Notes under the pieces: model-generated
The model's database searches: none
What the model saw: only the letters and a program-made list of their open reading frames with translations
Told to the model about the DNA's origin: nothing
In this document: one piece after another, positions 49,003-58,022 of the stretch
Layout of the letters: each line of letters starts with the position of its first letter
Numbering within the stretch: position 1 is the first letter of the stretch
Assembly (NCBI GenBank): GCA_017468925.1
Contig: JAFUHI010000016.1
Location: 15,769-79,768, forward strand
Direction of reading: 5' to 3'
From: Bacilli bacterium
GTDB lineage: Bacteria > Bacillota_I > Bacilli_A > RFN20 > CAG-826
Length of the DNA: 64,000 bases
Translations under genes and position numbers: made by a program

Positions 49003-49248
49003 ACCAGCCTCCTATCCATGCCTTTCCTTGAAAGTACTTGCTTTCCTAAATTATATTATCTAAAAAGATAATCGTTAACCAAATGGGTCAAATCATGCCA
49101 AGTCATTACAAAATAAAAATGAAAAACTAAAAAATGATATTTGTTTTTTGTTGATGCTTTTCAACTAAAATATGCGAATTTATCTAGCATTTATTTGTGT
49201 TGTTCCCAGCAATAAATCAACTTCAACGAAAAAAGACAACATAAAAAA

Positions 49249-50073
49249 ATGATAAAGATAATATATAATAATCGCATGATGATAGAATACGAATCGCAGG
49301 CCGATAGCAGCTTCTATTGCTATTTCGTCAAGTCGGGGACTGTCTTCCGCGATAGCATCCTCTACACGATAAAATGCACGCCTCATTTCCATAGGAACGT
49401 CGAATTCCTTTTCATCACGGATGGCACCCAGACAGTCAACGTCAATGGTGAGAAGATGACATTAGGGAAAGGCGACATCCTCTTCGTCGATTCCTACACC
49501 CCGCATAGCTATGACGATTGCGAGGCGGAAGCCTATATCCTTGTCTTATCCACCACATTCTTCGACCCCTTCAAGACATTCTTCGATGGAGGCGTCTTCC
49601 CAGAGATCATGGATGATAAAGAGAGAAACAAGGAGATATTCGCCTTCATTGAGAAGTGGCATCTGGAAAGAGGGAAGAAAGAGGACAAATATTCGACCTT
49701 CCTCAAATGCAATGAGCTTTTCCGCCTCATGGTGGACGTCTATGGAGTGAGGATGGCTGTCCATTCGAGGCAGAATGGCCTAGTGATAGACGCGTTGATA
49801 TACATCGAGGAGAATTATTGCGGCCCCATCACCCTCGAATCATGTTCCAAGGCCATCGGTTATTCAAAAGAATACGTGTCAAAGCAATTCAATTCCGTCA
49901 TGGGCATATCGTTCAAATCCTACGTCAATAGCCTCCGCATCAAAAGATTCAGGTCCCTTGAGCAGACGGAGAAAGGCTCAAAGCAGGACTTGGCCGCCAA
50001 ATGCGGATTTAGCAGCGTCACCACCTTCTATCGGGCCTTGAGCCACAGCGATGAGGGCGAGACCCCTAATTGA
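49249..50073 (+). CDS. AraC-family transcriptional regulator (cupin sensor plus AraC HTH)
   Basis: 274 aa. C-terminal ITLESCSKAIGYSKEYVSKQFNSVMGISFKSYVNSLRIKRF. Divergent from the sugar operon. Confidence 0.8.
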   Translation: MIKIIYNNRMMIEYESQADSSFYCYFVKSGTVFRDSILYTIKCTPHFHRNVEFLFITDGTQTVNVNGEKMTLGKGDILFVDSYTPHSYDDCEAEAYILVLSTTFFDPFKTFFDGGVFPEIMDDKERNKEIFAFIEKWHLERGKKEDKYSTFLKCNELFRLMVDVYGVRMAVHSRQNGLVIDALIYIEENYCGPITLESCSKAIGYSKEYVSKQFNSVMGISFKSYVNSLRIKRFRSLEQTEKGSKQDLAAKCGFSSVTTFYRALSHSDEGETPN

Positions 50074-50407
50074 TGTAGGTTTTGAGGAGATTTCCGTATT
50101 CTTCCATCAAATGCTTAAGCATCTTCCTGGTGCGGCCCCTCTTGTTTTTGCCATAGACCATCATATTCATGACGGTCTTGTTGCCCCGTATCCTCTGGCT
50201 GAAGGAGATTGTCACCTCAAAGCCGAGGTACCAGTAATATATCTCATAATAGGCGTTATTGGTCTTGAGCCCGTAATAACCTTTATCCTCGATATGCTTC
50301 TTGACAAGATGAAAAGCCCTTTCGCATGAGGAGGTTATCTCAAGGGGTTTGACTGGCGCCCCCTTCTCCTCGCTGGTGAATGAGCAATTCTCGAATAACG
50401 CTATCAT
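50066..50407 (-). CDS. Hypothetical protein co-transcribed with the ABC ATPase
   Basis: 113 aa. Its start overlaps the ATPase stop by 4 nt. No recognisable motif. Confidence 0.4.
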   Translation of the reverse strand: MIALFENCSFTSEEKGAPVKPLEITSSCERAFHLVKKHIEDKGYYGLKTNNAYYEIYYWYLGFEVTISFSQRIRGNKTVMNMMVYGKNKRGRTRKMLKHLMEEYGNLLKTYIN

Positions 50408-51846
50408 ACGATCCTTTTTGTGCTCTCCGCGTCAAAGAAATGGATGCGGTCCATATCAAGGCAATATTCCTTGGCCTCGCCCATCTCAATCGAGTCGATG
50501 GCGCTTGTCTTGACCACAACCTTCGTATCTCCGATGTAATTGTAGATAATTAGCTCCTGACCCAATAATTCCGACAGATCGCAGGTCATTTTGAACGAGG
50601 AGGAGAGATTCGTCTTGGTTTTATCTCCCTTTAACATGATATTCTCTGGGCGGACACCAAGGACGACATCCTTGCCTTCATATCCCTTCAATGCCTCGGC
50701 GTGGCTCTTATCTAGTTCAATCGATATGCCTCCCTCATCGGCAATGAAGCGGGATGAAACGACCTTGCCTTTGATGAAATTCATCGCCGGTGAGCCAATA
50801 AACCCGGCGACAAAGAGATTATTCGGGGAATTGTATAATTCTTTTGGCGAGCCAATCTGCTGGATATAGCCATCTTTCATGCAGACAATCCTAGTCGCCA
50901 TGGTCATGGCCTCGGTCTGGTCATGGGTGACATATATCATCGTGACGCCTAAGGCCTTATGAATCTTGGAAATCTCAGTCCTCATCTGGACCCTAAGTTT
51001 CGCATCGAGGTTGCTCAAAGGTTCATCCATGAGGAACACTTTCGGGTTCCTGACGATGGCTCTGCCTAACGCCACCCTCTGTCTCTGGCCGCCTGATAAG
51101 GCGGCAGGCTTCCTTTTGAGATATGGCTCAAGGCCGATGGTCTCGGCGGCCGAGTTGACCTTCTCCATTATTTCCTCTTTCTTGTAGCGTCTATATTCGA
51201 ATGCCGGCTTATCAAGCGTCGCCTTGACCTTATCCATCTCCTCTTTGATTGATGGGTCTTTGGATGAGGCATATTGCTTTTTCAATTCCTCATACCTCTC
51301 ATGGTCATAGGTCAAGACCCTCTTCTGGTGGGCTTTCTTGACTTTATTGATCTCCATGTCCCTATCGAGTTCGCAGTGGTAGATATAATCCTTTATCTCT
51401 TCTTTGATGGCCTTTTTGCCTTTCAATTCTTTGATGCCTTCCTTCTTCTTATCATCATATTTTCTGCGGATTTCCTTTATCTCCGTGGATAAGGCCTCCT
51501 TACCATCCAGCTCATAGGCTGGGAAGAGGTCTTTCCTCTGCTGCAGGGAGAAAGCCATGTTCTCATAAACCGTGAGATGGGGATATAGGGCGTAATTCTG
51601 GAACACCATCGCGATATTCCTATCCTTTGGGGGGACATCGTTGATCAATGTGTCATCGATATATATCTCGCCTGAGCTTATCTCCTCGAGGCCGGCGACC
51701 ATTCTCAAAGTCGTGGATTTGCCGCATCCGGACGGCCCGACGAAGACGATGAATTCCTTGTCATCGACATCCAGGTTGAAATCGAACACGGCCTGGACGT
51801 TATTCGGATAAATCTTGTTTACGTTGCGGAAATGAAGCTTTGCCAT
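50404..51846 (-). CDS. ABC sugar-transport ATPase (MsmK/MalK/UgpC-like) with a K/E-rich insertion of about 115 aa
   Basis: 480 aa. Walker A GPSGCGKST, Q-loop FQNYALYPHLT, signature LSGGQRQR, Walker B FLMDEPLS, and a C-terminal TOBE-like domain. Confidence 0.85.
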   Translation of the reverse strand: MAKLHFRNVNKIYPNNVQAVFDFNLDVDDKEFIVFVGPSGCGKSTTLRMVAGLEEISSGEIYIDDTLINDVPPKDRNIAMVFQNYALYPHLTVYENMAFSLQQRKDLFPAYELDGKEALSTEIKEIRRKYDDKKKEGIKELKGKKAIKEEIKDYIYHCELDRDMEINKVKKAHQKRVLTYDHERYEELKKQYASSKDPSIKEEMDKVKATLDKPAFEYRRYKKEEIMEKVNSAAETIGLEPYLKRKPAALSGGQRQRVALGRAIVRNPKVFLMDEPLSNLDAKLRVQMRTEISKIHKALGVTMIYVTHDQTEAMTMATRIVCMKDGYIQQIGSPKELYNSPNNLFVAGFIGSPAMNFIKGKVVSSRFIADEGGISIELDKSHAEALKGYEGKDVVLGVRPENIMLKGDKTKTNLSSSFKMTCDLSELLGQELIIYNYIGDTKVVVKTSAIDSIEMGEAKEYCLDMDRIHFFDAESTKRIV

Positions 51847-52254
51847 AAAGACTCCCTCCTAATCATTAAAACATTATCACCTAGGTTTCTGTCAATAAAT
51901 AACATTTCGATGGTTAAGGCGAACATGCAACATTTTGTTAGATGTATCCTAAAAAATGAACGCGGCATGGCTATTTGAAGGAGAAATTGCACTTCTTGCA
52001 TCGATGGCCATCCTTGTCTTTGATGATGGATGAGCCACACCACGGGCACTTGCCTGTCTTCAAGGCGTATTCCCAAGCCAGGGGTGGTAGGAATCGAGTT
52101 TTGTACGTGGCGCATGGGGAATCGATTCCTTCCTACCCTGGATTTTTGGGTTGATTTGAATGAATTGGGGCCCATTTTTCTCATCGTGACAAATATCCTC
52201 GATAATACCAATTTGGGTCAAAAATGCCGATGTTTATTATAATTATATAATAAA

Positions 52255-52281
52255 ACGACCGTGACAGGTCGTCTCATTTTT
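52255..52281. terminator. Hairpin with flanking A/T runs (possible bidirectional terminator) at the right edge of the GC-rich island
   Basis: aaaACGACC-gtgaca-GGTCGTctcattttt. Confidence 0.4.
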
Positions 52282-52303
52282 AGCTGTGGCATTGTAGAAC
52301 TAT

Positions 52304-52360
52304 TTTGATACAAAATCTTTAGTTTCATACCCTTAGGGTTTTCTTCATACCCCTTACTTT
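52304..52360. repeat. 20-bp-phased direct repeats, locus A (core CATACCC(C)TT)
   Basis: TTGATACAAAATCTTTAGTT / TCATACCCTTAGGGTTTTCT / TCATACCCCTTAC. The core starts at 52326 and 52346. Confidence 0.7.
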
Positions 52361-52674
52361 TTATAGATGCTCATCTTGTCGGCGGATTCACTTTTTAAAA
52401 CTCCGACTAATGCAATAATCCCATGTTCTGTATATACAAAAGGCAATTTTTGTTTTCCGCCTCTGCCAATATTTGAGGTCGCATTTTGCGACTTCAAAGT
52501 TTTAAATTCTATAGAATTTAGTTGAAAGCAAAAGTCTTTTGGAACGCTAATTTTTATATCACAGTTATTATGTTCATAAATAAAAAAGTTAAGGCCTTAA
52601 ACCCTAACTTCTCTACCATTATAGAATTTAAATGGTATCGTTTTATCCTTATAGACCACAACTGACTCCACCAT
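52354..52674 (-). pseudogene. ORF6N-domain (KilA-N/Bro-N-like antirepressor) gene with an in-frame stop
   Basis: The minus strand reads MVESVVVYKDKTIPFKFYNGREVRV*GLNFF..VPKDFCFQLNSIEFKTLKSQNATSNIGRGGKQKLPFVYTEHGIIALVGVLKSESADKMSIYKK*. There is a TAA at 52597-52599. The second half matches the ORF6N pattern FP.DF.FQLT..E...L.SQ..TS...GG.R.LPY.FTE.G..ML..VL.S..A. Confidence 0.5.
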
Positions 52675-52839
52675 CAATCGCCACGTTGATTCATTCCACA
52701 CTATTAGAATTTTAGGAACACCATTAGAACCACTAATATGGATAAAACGGTATTTTTCCCTATCTTAGGCGTTTTTACAGATACAATATTCAATGCAATC
52801 AAAGAAAAAGAACTGATACATTTTGTAGCTGATTGGTAA

Positions 52840-54327
52840 TTAACTAATAATTCTACAAGCTGGTCTCACACCTAACCATGCAGCGTAAGAAGCAGCGTAA
52901 GAAGCACCGGTTAAGAATAATTGACCATCTTCTACGACGTGGTAAATATTGCCTCCACTAAAACTTCTGGTCCAATAATACATGGAGATGTTTCCGTTGT
53001 CTTCTGCGTATCCACTTAATGGTAAATCATAGCTGTTACATCTAGCGTAGTCGGTGGAGTAAGCAACTCTACCACTAGTGTAATGGAAGCCATAATTGCT
53101 GTTTTTATCGTAAAGAGTTGAATAGGAAAGCGGGAACATTTTCGCATACATATCGTTTTCTGGCGCACCACTTAAATTGCCAGAATATAATCTTGAATCT
53201 CGATTGCTAGGAAGCATCTTGTTATATAAAGCATTCATGAAAACCCCTAAAGCAGTCGAGGTTGTATAACTAGTAGGATTGTTACCAGCAGTATCAAAGA
53301 TTGATGTATCAAGAATCTTTTCGCTTGTTACTACATAACATAATCTTTTAAGTGTTGCAGAATCATATTTGGCATCAATATATCTCCATGTCACTGGTTC
53401 AACTTTAAACCAATAATATTCATCTTTGACATATTCGTTGTTATATCCGGTTCCTTTAGCTTGAGCCCTTTTAAAGAAGTCTCCATCTAATAAATAATAT
53501 CCATTATCAAGCGGTAAAAACGATTCTGGATTTTCTTGATACAACGCCTCATAAACTTCTGAAATATCACTTAATGTTTGTGGATAATAACCATATGTCC
53601 AATCATTTCCGACCTTTATAGGTTCTACATCAAATTGATCGGAGAATAAATCTTCTCTAACAGCAGCGTCAGTTCTTAAACTATCGCAGGAATAGCAAAT
53701 CTTAATTGATTTGATGTTTATTCGGCCGTTTGTGTATTCGGTTTTAAAATCTTTTGAACCAGTGATTTTAAAATACCTTGGTTCTAAGTCGCTCATATCA
53801 TATGGAGTGTCTGGAGATAAATCATGTGAAGTCGTTTCATATAGAAGACTTCCTTGCGAATCAACATATCCAAACAAGATTTTCAAATCACCAACTTCTC
53901 CACCAGATGTATCTGTTGGATTATCAACATAATTAGTTTGACGACAATAATCGACGGTGATAGATGTAATCCCGGAAATTCCATGACCAGATGCATTATT
54001 TAGATATGAGTAAGAATCATTATCTCTAAAAGATAAAAACGCTTCACCTCCACCGTAAAATGGGAAGCTGCCATACGAAACTCTAGCATCTCCAGTTTTA
54101 TAAAAATTAAATGACCAACTTCCAGAATCTGTTGAACTTCTTAATAAATTACTTGTCACTTTGGTGCAATTTGTAGCACTCATCGTAATTGAATATTCAC
54201 TAGCTGGAACTCCACGATTAAGAGCAAAAGCATTTATTCCAAGATTATTGGAGGCAAAAAGCGTTGTCGCAACTACCGCAGCACAAAATGTTGCTGTTAA
54301 CATTAGAAGCAAGCTTTTTTTATTCAT
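52840..54327 (-). CDS. Exported protein with C-terminal DUF6273-like domain
   Basis: 495 aa with an N-terminal signal/anchor. The C-terminal half has VTWRYID.., YYWTRSF.. and LGVRPACRI, the W-R-V-L / YWWLRS / GVRPA pattern I associate with DUF6273. Confidence 0.5.
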   Translation of the reverse strand: MNKKSLLLMLTATFCAAVVATTLFASNNLGINAFALNRGVPASEYSITMSATNCTKVTSNLLRSSTDSGSWSFNFYKTGDARVSYGSFPFYGGGEAFLSFRDNDSYSYLNNASGHGISGITSITVDYCRQTNYVDNPTDTSGGEVGDLKILFGYVDSQGSLLYETTSHDLSPDTPYDMSDLEPRYFKITGSKDFKTEYTNGRINIKSIKICYSCDSLRTDAAVREDLFSDQFDVEPIKVGNDWTYGYYPQTLSDISEVYEALYQENPESFLPLDNGYYLLDGDFFKRAQAKGTGYNNEYVKDEYYWFKVEPVTWRYIDAKYDSATLKRLCYVVTSEKILDTSIFDTAGNNPTSYTTSTALGVFMNALYNKMLPSNRDSRLYSGNLSGAPENDMYAKMFPLSYSTLYDKNSNYGFHYTSGRVAYSTDYARCNSYDLPLSGYAEDNGNISMYYWTRSFSGGNIYHVVEDGQLFLTGASYAASYAAWLGVRPACRIIS

Positions 54328-54384
54328 ATTGTCATACCTTCCTTAATCATTTCACAACCGTATAAACATTCATTGGTTTGCACA

Positions 54385-55074
54385 TTAAACAGCTGGTGCG
54401 TTAACTTGGCTTCCGGTCTTGAATGAAGAAACCTTGAATGTCGCAGAACCACTTTCGCCTTCATAGGTTTTACCATTTGCATCCCAGAATAATGTGATGC
54501 CAATTTCTTTATCGATAACGGTAGTTAAATGAACCTCACCCGCATATACAGTTAAATCATAACGATATTCTGTCGCGCTTCTTCCTGCGAAAGTCAAATC
54601 CTTAACTTTGTGGTATCCTTCCATGCCATCATATGCGTTAGCCATGAAAAACACTGCAGTGTAACTAGTTACATACGAGTTATACACTTCAACAGCATCA
54701 GATTCTGAATATGTATAAGTTTGTACATAGCTTTGTGTTTCTGAATCATATTCAAAAATATCTAAGCCACTATCAGTCCTTTTAATGGCTTCTATATCTG
54801 CACCATCATCTTGCCAAGCAATATTGTCTTTCATACCGAAGGTATAATTGACAATCTCTTCATCATCATCGTCATAAGCTTGATAGGTAATTTCAAAGCC
54901 ACTTGTCTCACCAAGCTGCAATAATTTGTTTTTAGCTTGTTCTTGGGTATATGGCAGGTTTTCTCCTGTCTCATCATCTCCTGGATTAACGATGTTTTCG
55001 ATCACACCGCACCCAGCCAATGAAAAAATTGATAAAACAGATAAAACTAACAAGCTCTTGATTTGTGTTTTCAT
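54385..55074 (-). CDS. Lipoprotein, unknown function
   Basis: Start at the ATG at 55074, with a GGAGG SD 9 nt upstream. Lipobox SLAGC. Confidence 0.55.
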   Translation of the reverse strand: MKTQIKSLLVLSVLSIFSLAGCGVIENIVNPGDDETGENLPYTQEQAKNKLLQLGETSGFEITYQAYDDDDEEIVNYTFGMKDNIAWQDDGADIEAIKRTDSGLDIFEYDSETQSYVQTYTYSESDAVEVYNSYVTSYTAVFFMANAYDGMEGYHKVKDLTFAGRSATEYRYDLTVYAGEVHLTTVIDKEIGITLFWDANGKTYEGESGSATFKVSSFKTGSQVNAPAV

Positions 55075-55186
55075 AATTAAATTTCCTCCCAAACAAAATA
55101 AAATTTTTATTTATCAATTTGAGAATATAGAAAAAATTAGCACAATAAACCAGTGCCATAAGTCATTCCAAAAGTCACTATTTATT

Positions 55187-55825
55187 CTATTTGTTTGTTT
55201 TGACCAAATGATTGTCTAAAGCAAAACGCGTTAAAGCGGCGCGGCTCACGCAATATGATTTAGAAAGCATTAAGGAAACAATGTTTTTCACTGTCCCTAC
55301 TTGTAGAGATAATTTAGCAGCAATTTCTTTATTGGAATCACCATTGCAGATATATTCGAGTATCTGTAATTCTCTTTCCGAAAATTTGCATTCTTTTTCA
55401 ATTTTTTCTTTATTTTTTAAGATTTCTAACGCGGCTTTATCAACAACATTAATGCCGTCCATCACGCTGAGCAACGCTTGTCTTAATTGATTGGATTCAA
55501 TGACCTTTAAAAGAAAACCATCACATCCAGCTTCTATAGAACGAGATATTGTATCGACATCATCAAAAGTGGATAAAGCAACTGTACGGACATTTGGATA
55601 TTTATTTTTAATAATTCTAATGGTTTCAATACCATCTAATACCGGCATTCTTATATCGATAAGAGCGATATCTACAGGTGTGTTTTCTAATATCGATAAT
55701 AATTCTTGTCCATTATTCGCAGTATTAATGACAACAAAATCATCCCATTTTTCAATAGTAACTTTTAATCCTTCAATTGTGATTGGGTGATCATCTGCGA
55801 TAATTATTTTTATTTTGTCCATCAT
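55187..55825 (-). CDS. NarL/FixJ-type response regulator (REC plus LuxR HTH)
   Basis: 212 aa. IIIADDHP, DIALIDIRMP, and HTH SNKEIAAKLSLQVGTVKNIVSLMLSKS. Confidence 0.85.
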   Translation of the reverse strand: MMDKIKIIIADDHPITIEGLKVTIEKWDDFVVINTANNGQELLSILENTPVDIALIDIRMPVLDGIETIRIIKNKYPNVRTVALSTFDDVDTISRSIEAGCDGFLLKVIESNQLRQALLSVMDGINVVDKAALEILKNKEKIEKECKFSERELQILEYICNGDSNKEIAAKLSLQVGTVKNIVSLMLSKSYCVSRAALTRFALDNHLVKTNK

Positions 55826-56764
55826 TTATTTACTCCACTTTACTATTATTTTAAACCCTTGTCCTTCTTGATGCACAAAGTCTATTTTCCCTTTGGAAGC
55901 AACGACATTATCTTCCATTGAGGCAAGTCCGAAACCTTTTTCAAATTCTCCATGCCACTTCCCATCATCATAGATTTCCAAAAATACATCTTTCTCATTC
56001 ATTGTTAAATTAATAAACATTTGGTTGCCCAAAGAATGGTCTAATGTATTGTGATAAGCTTCTTTACAAATTTTTTTAATTAATTTGTATTGTGTCTTAA
56101 TAAAGTCAGGTTCTTCGCCAATTATAGTAATCACAATTGGGAATTCAGAAATCTTAGATAAAGAAGTCAAAAGTTCTTTCAAAGAACCGGCTTCAAATTG
56201 GTCAGGAGATAAAATCTTGTCAATGATCTTCTCACCTTCAATAATTAATTGTTTATAGGTTTTCGGATTATTGTTTTTGGACTCTAAACACATATTAGAA
56301 ATCATAAATAAGTCCGTTATTGCGTGGCCGTAATTATCATGGATGACTCTTGCTAATCTTATTTGTTCAGCATAATCAGATAATGACTTGATTTCTTCTA
56401 AAAGATTTTCTAATTCTTGATTAGACTCTCTTAAACTATTGGCAAGAACTTGAAGTTCCTTTTGTTTTTCTTGTTTTCGATTGTTAATTGACTCTTTTTC
56501 TGTAATATCAATTAAAACAACAGCATAATTAATTAGTAGCTCATCGTCATATATTTCTTTAGTAATGCGTTTAAAAAAGATGTTGTTATAAACAAATTTA
56601 CCTTCTTTATTTTGCAAACAATCAGGTATTAAATCAGTTAACTTTTTCCCTTTTTTAATGCCTTTGAAACCAACACGTTTGTTGTATTTCAAAATATAAC
56701 CAAAAGAATCTAGGATGAAAAATGGTGAAGGGAAACTATCGAATATAGTCTTATAATTATTCAT
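55826..56764 (-). CDS. Soluble histidine kinase (PAS-like plus HisKA_3 plus HATPase_c)
   Basis: 312 aa, no TM. H-box RLARVIHDNYGHAITDL, N-box KEAYHNTLDHS, G-box GFGLASMEDN. Confidence 0.8.
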   Translation of the reverse strand: MNNYKTIFDSFPSPFFILDSFGYILKYNKRVGFKGIKKGKKLTDLIPDCLQNKEGKFVYNNIFFKRITKEIYDDELLINYAVVLIDITEKESINNRKQEKQKELQVLANSLRESNQELENLLEEIKSLSDYAEQIRLARVIHDNYGHAITDLFMISNMCLESKNNNPKTYKQLIIEGEKIIDKILSPDQFEAGSLKELLTSLSKISEFPIVITIIGEEPDFIKTQYKLIKKICKEAYHNTLDHSLGNQMFINLTMNEKDVFLEIYDDGKWHGEFEKGFGLASMEDNVVASKGKIDFVHQEGQGFKIIVKWSK

Positions 56765-58022
56765 TAGCGCTTACCCCACTTAATTTATTAACTGCTTTTC
56801 TAATGATCATAATTGTTTCTTGACATAAAGTAGCGGTTTCCTTAAGTAATGCTTTGCTATTTTTTGGATTATTCTTAAGGGCGATAAAATGTTCTTTAAT
56901 TATTGCTATATTCGATAACACTATTTTTTGAGCATTAGTCAAGCTAGTAACCTTTTCTTTTAAATCTGGTAAATCATACAAAGCATTAATATAGGTTTGT
57001 ATTGTATTCTTTTTCTCATTTAAATCGTTGATGAGTTTTTCTGCTTCAACAATACTTTCTTCGATTGCTTTTCTTTCTAAATAAACATCATCAATATTGT
57101 TGATAATGATTAATTCATTGTCGTCATCTTTATTTATTTCAATATAGAAATGACTATCATAAAAAACAAGTTCAAATGACTTGACATTATTTTGCTTATT
57201 AACCTCTTCTATCGCTTTATCAACCAGCTCTTTCTTTTCTTTATTGTTTTGATAAAGAATGCCTTTTTGCGGATTGTATAGAACCACTATATTTGGAATT
57301 TCTTCTAAAACACTTTCAATTGATTTGCTAATCAAACTAAGTGAATTAAATTTAAAGACGATGATATACAGGCAGAAGACAGCGACAAACATAATGATTG
57401 GTGTAAAATCAAGCTCATCAACTCCAGTAATAGACCTCACCAACGCTGTAACGGCCGGCAAAAGCGGATATAAGGAGAAAACGATTATCTTAATAGCCTT
57501 GTTCTTTTCTTTTCTAATGATATGAATGATAGATATGATATAGCCTATGAACAAGGCGGCATAAACCAATACCAAGCATAGATAAAATAGTTTTCCGTGC
57601 TGAACCTGTTCTCCCATCACTAATTTCTCATAAAAGAGATGATGCAGTGAATTTGTACAAACAAAAATAGAGATAATAGCAGCAACAGAAAATAAAACTA
57701 TTCTAAAAATCGCTTTATTTGCTAGTTTATCGCATCTTGCTAAATATAGGTTCCAAAGCAAGAAAGCAAACGATGCAAATGTGGTTCCGACAAGTTGGTA
57801 ATAAACGGCAAAAACGTAAAAATCGTTATTTGGATAAAAGATATAAGCGATGGTCTCTAAAAACCTACCAGAAACCATAATCCATAAGCCAATAACAACC
57901 ACAATAAAAAAGTGCCATATAGGTGTTGGTTTTCTATTTTTAATTAAAGAAACGATAAAAACCAGATGAATAGGTAAGTATATACCTTGCAAAACAAAAT
58001 TAAGAATTCTATACCATTCCAT
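56757..58022 (-). CDS. 7-TM membrane protein with cytoplasmic coiled-coil domain (candidate sensor partner of the soluble kinase)
   Basis: 421 aa. About 7 TM helices, then a soluble region of about 190 aa with no kinase motifs. It overlaps the HK start by 8 nt. Confidence 0.5.
   Translation of the reverse strand: MEWYRILNFVLQGIYLPIHLVFIVSLIKNRKPTPIWHFFIVVVIGLWIMVSGRFLETIAYIFYPNNDFYVFAVYYQLVGTTFASFAFLLWNLYLARCDKLANKAIFRIVLFSVAAIISIFVCTNSLHHLFYEKLVMGEQVQHGKLFYLCLVLVYAALFIGYIISIIHIIRKEKNKAIKIIVFSLYPLLPAVTALVRSITGVDELDFTPIIMFVAVFCLYIIVFKFNSLSLISKSIESVLEEIPNIVVLYNPQKGILYQNNKEKKELVDKAIEEVNKQNNVKSFELVFYDSHFYIEINKDDDNELIIINNIDDVYLERKAIEESIVEAEKLINDLNEKKNTIQTYINALYDLPDLKEKVTSLTNAQKIVLSNIAIIKEHFIALKNNPKNSKALLKETATLCQETIMIIRKAVNKLSGVSANE

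Noticed and set aside
38379-52242. Dozens of 60-130-aa ORFs on both strands in the track, for example 39001..39198, 39377..39571, 41285..41557, 43658..43915, 45731..46372, 48702..48983, 49511..49750 and 51819..52211.
   Set aside because: All lie inside or antisense to long, motif-bearing genes. Their sequences are Arg/Pro/Ser-rich and low-complexity, as expected for shadow ORFs in GC-richer DNA. None has an SD or a recognisable motif.
38230-52250. Calling the GC-rich island a bona fide genomic island, ICE or prophage.
   Set aside because: I saw no integrase, recombinase, transposase, tRNA target or flanking direct repeats. Only the compositional shift and nearby pseudogenes point that way, so I reported it as a compositional island only.
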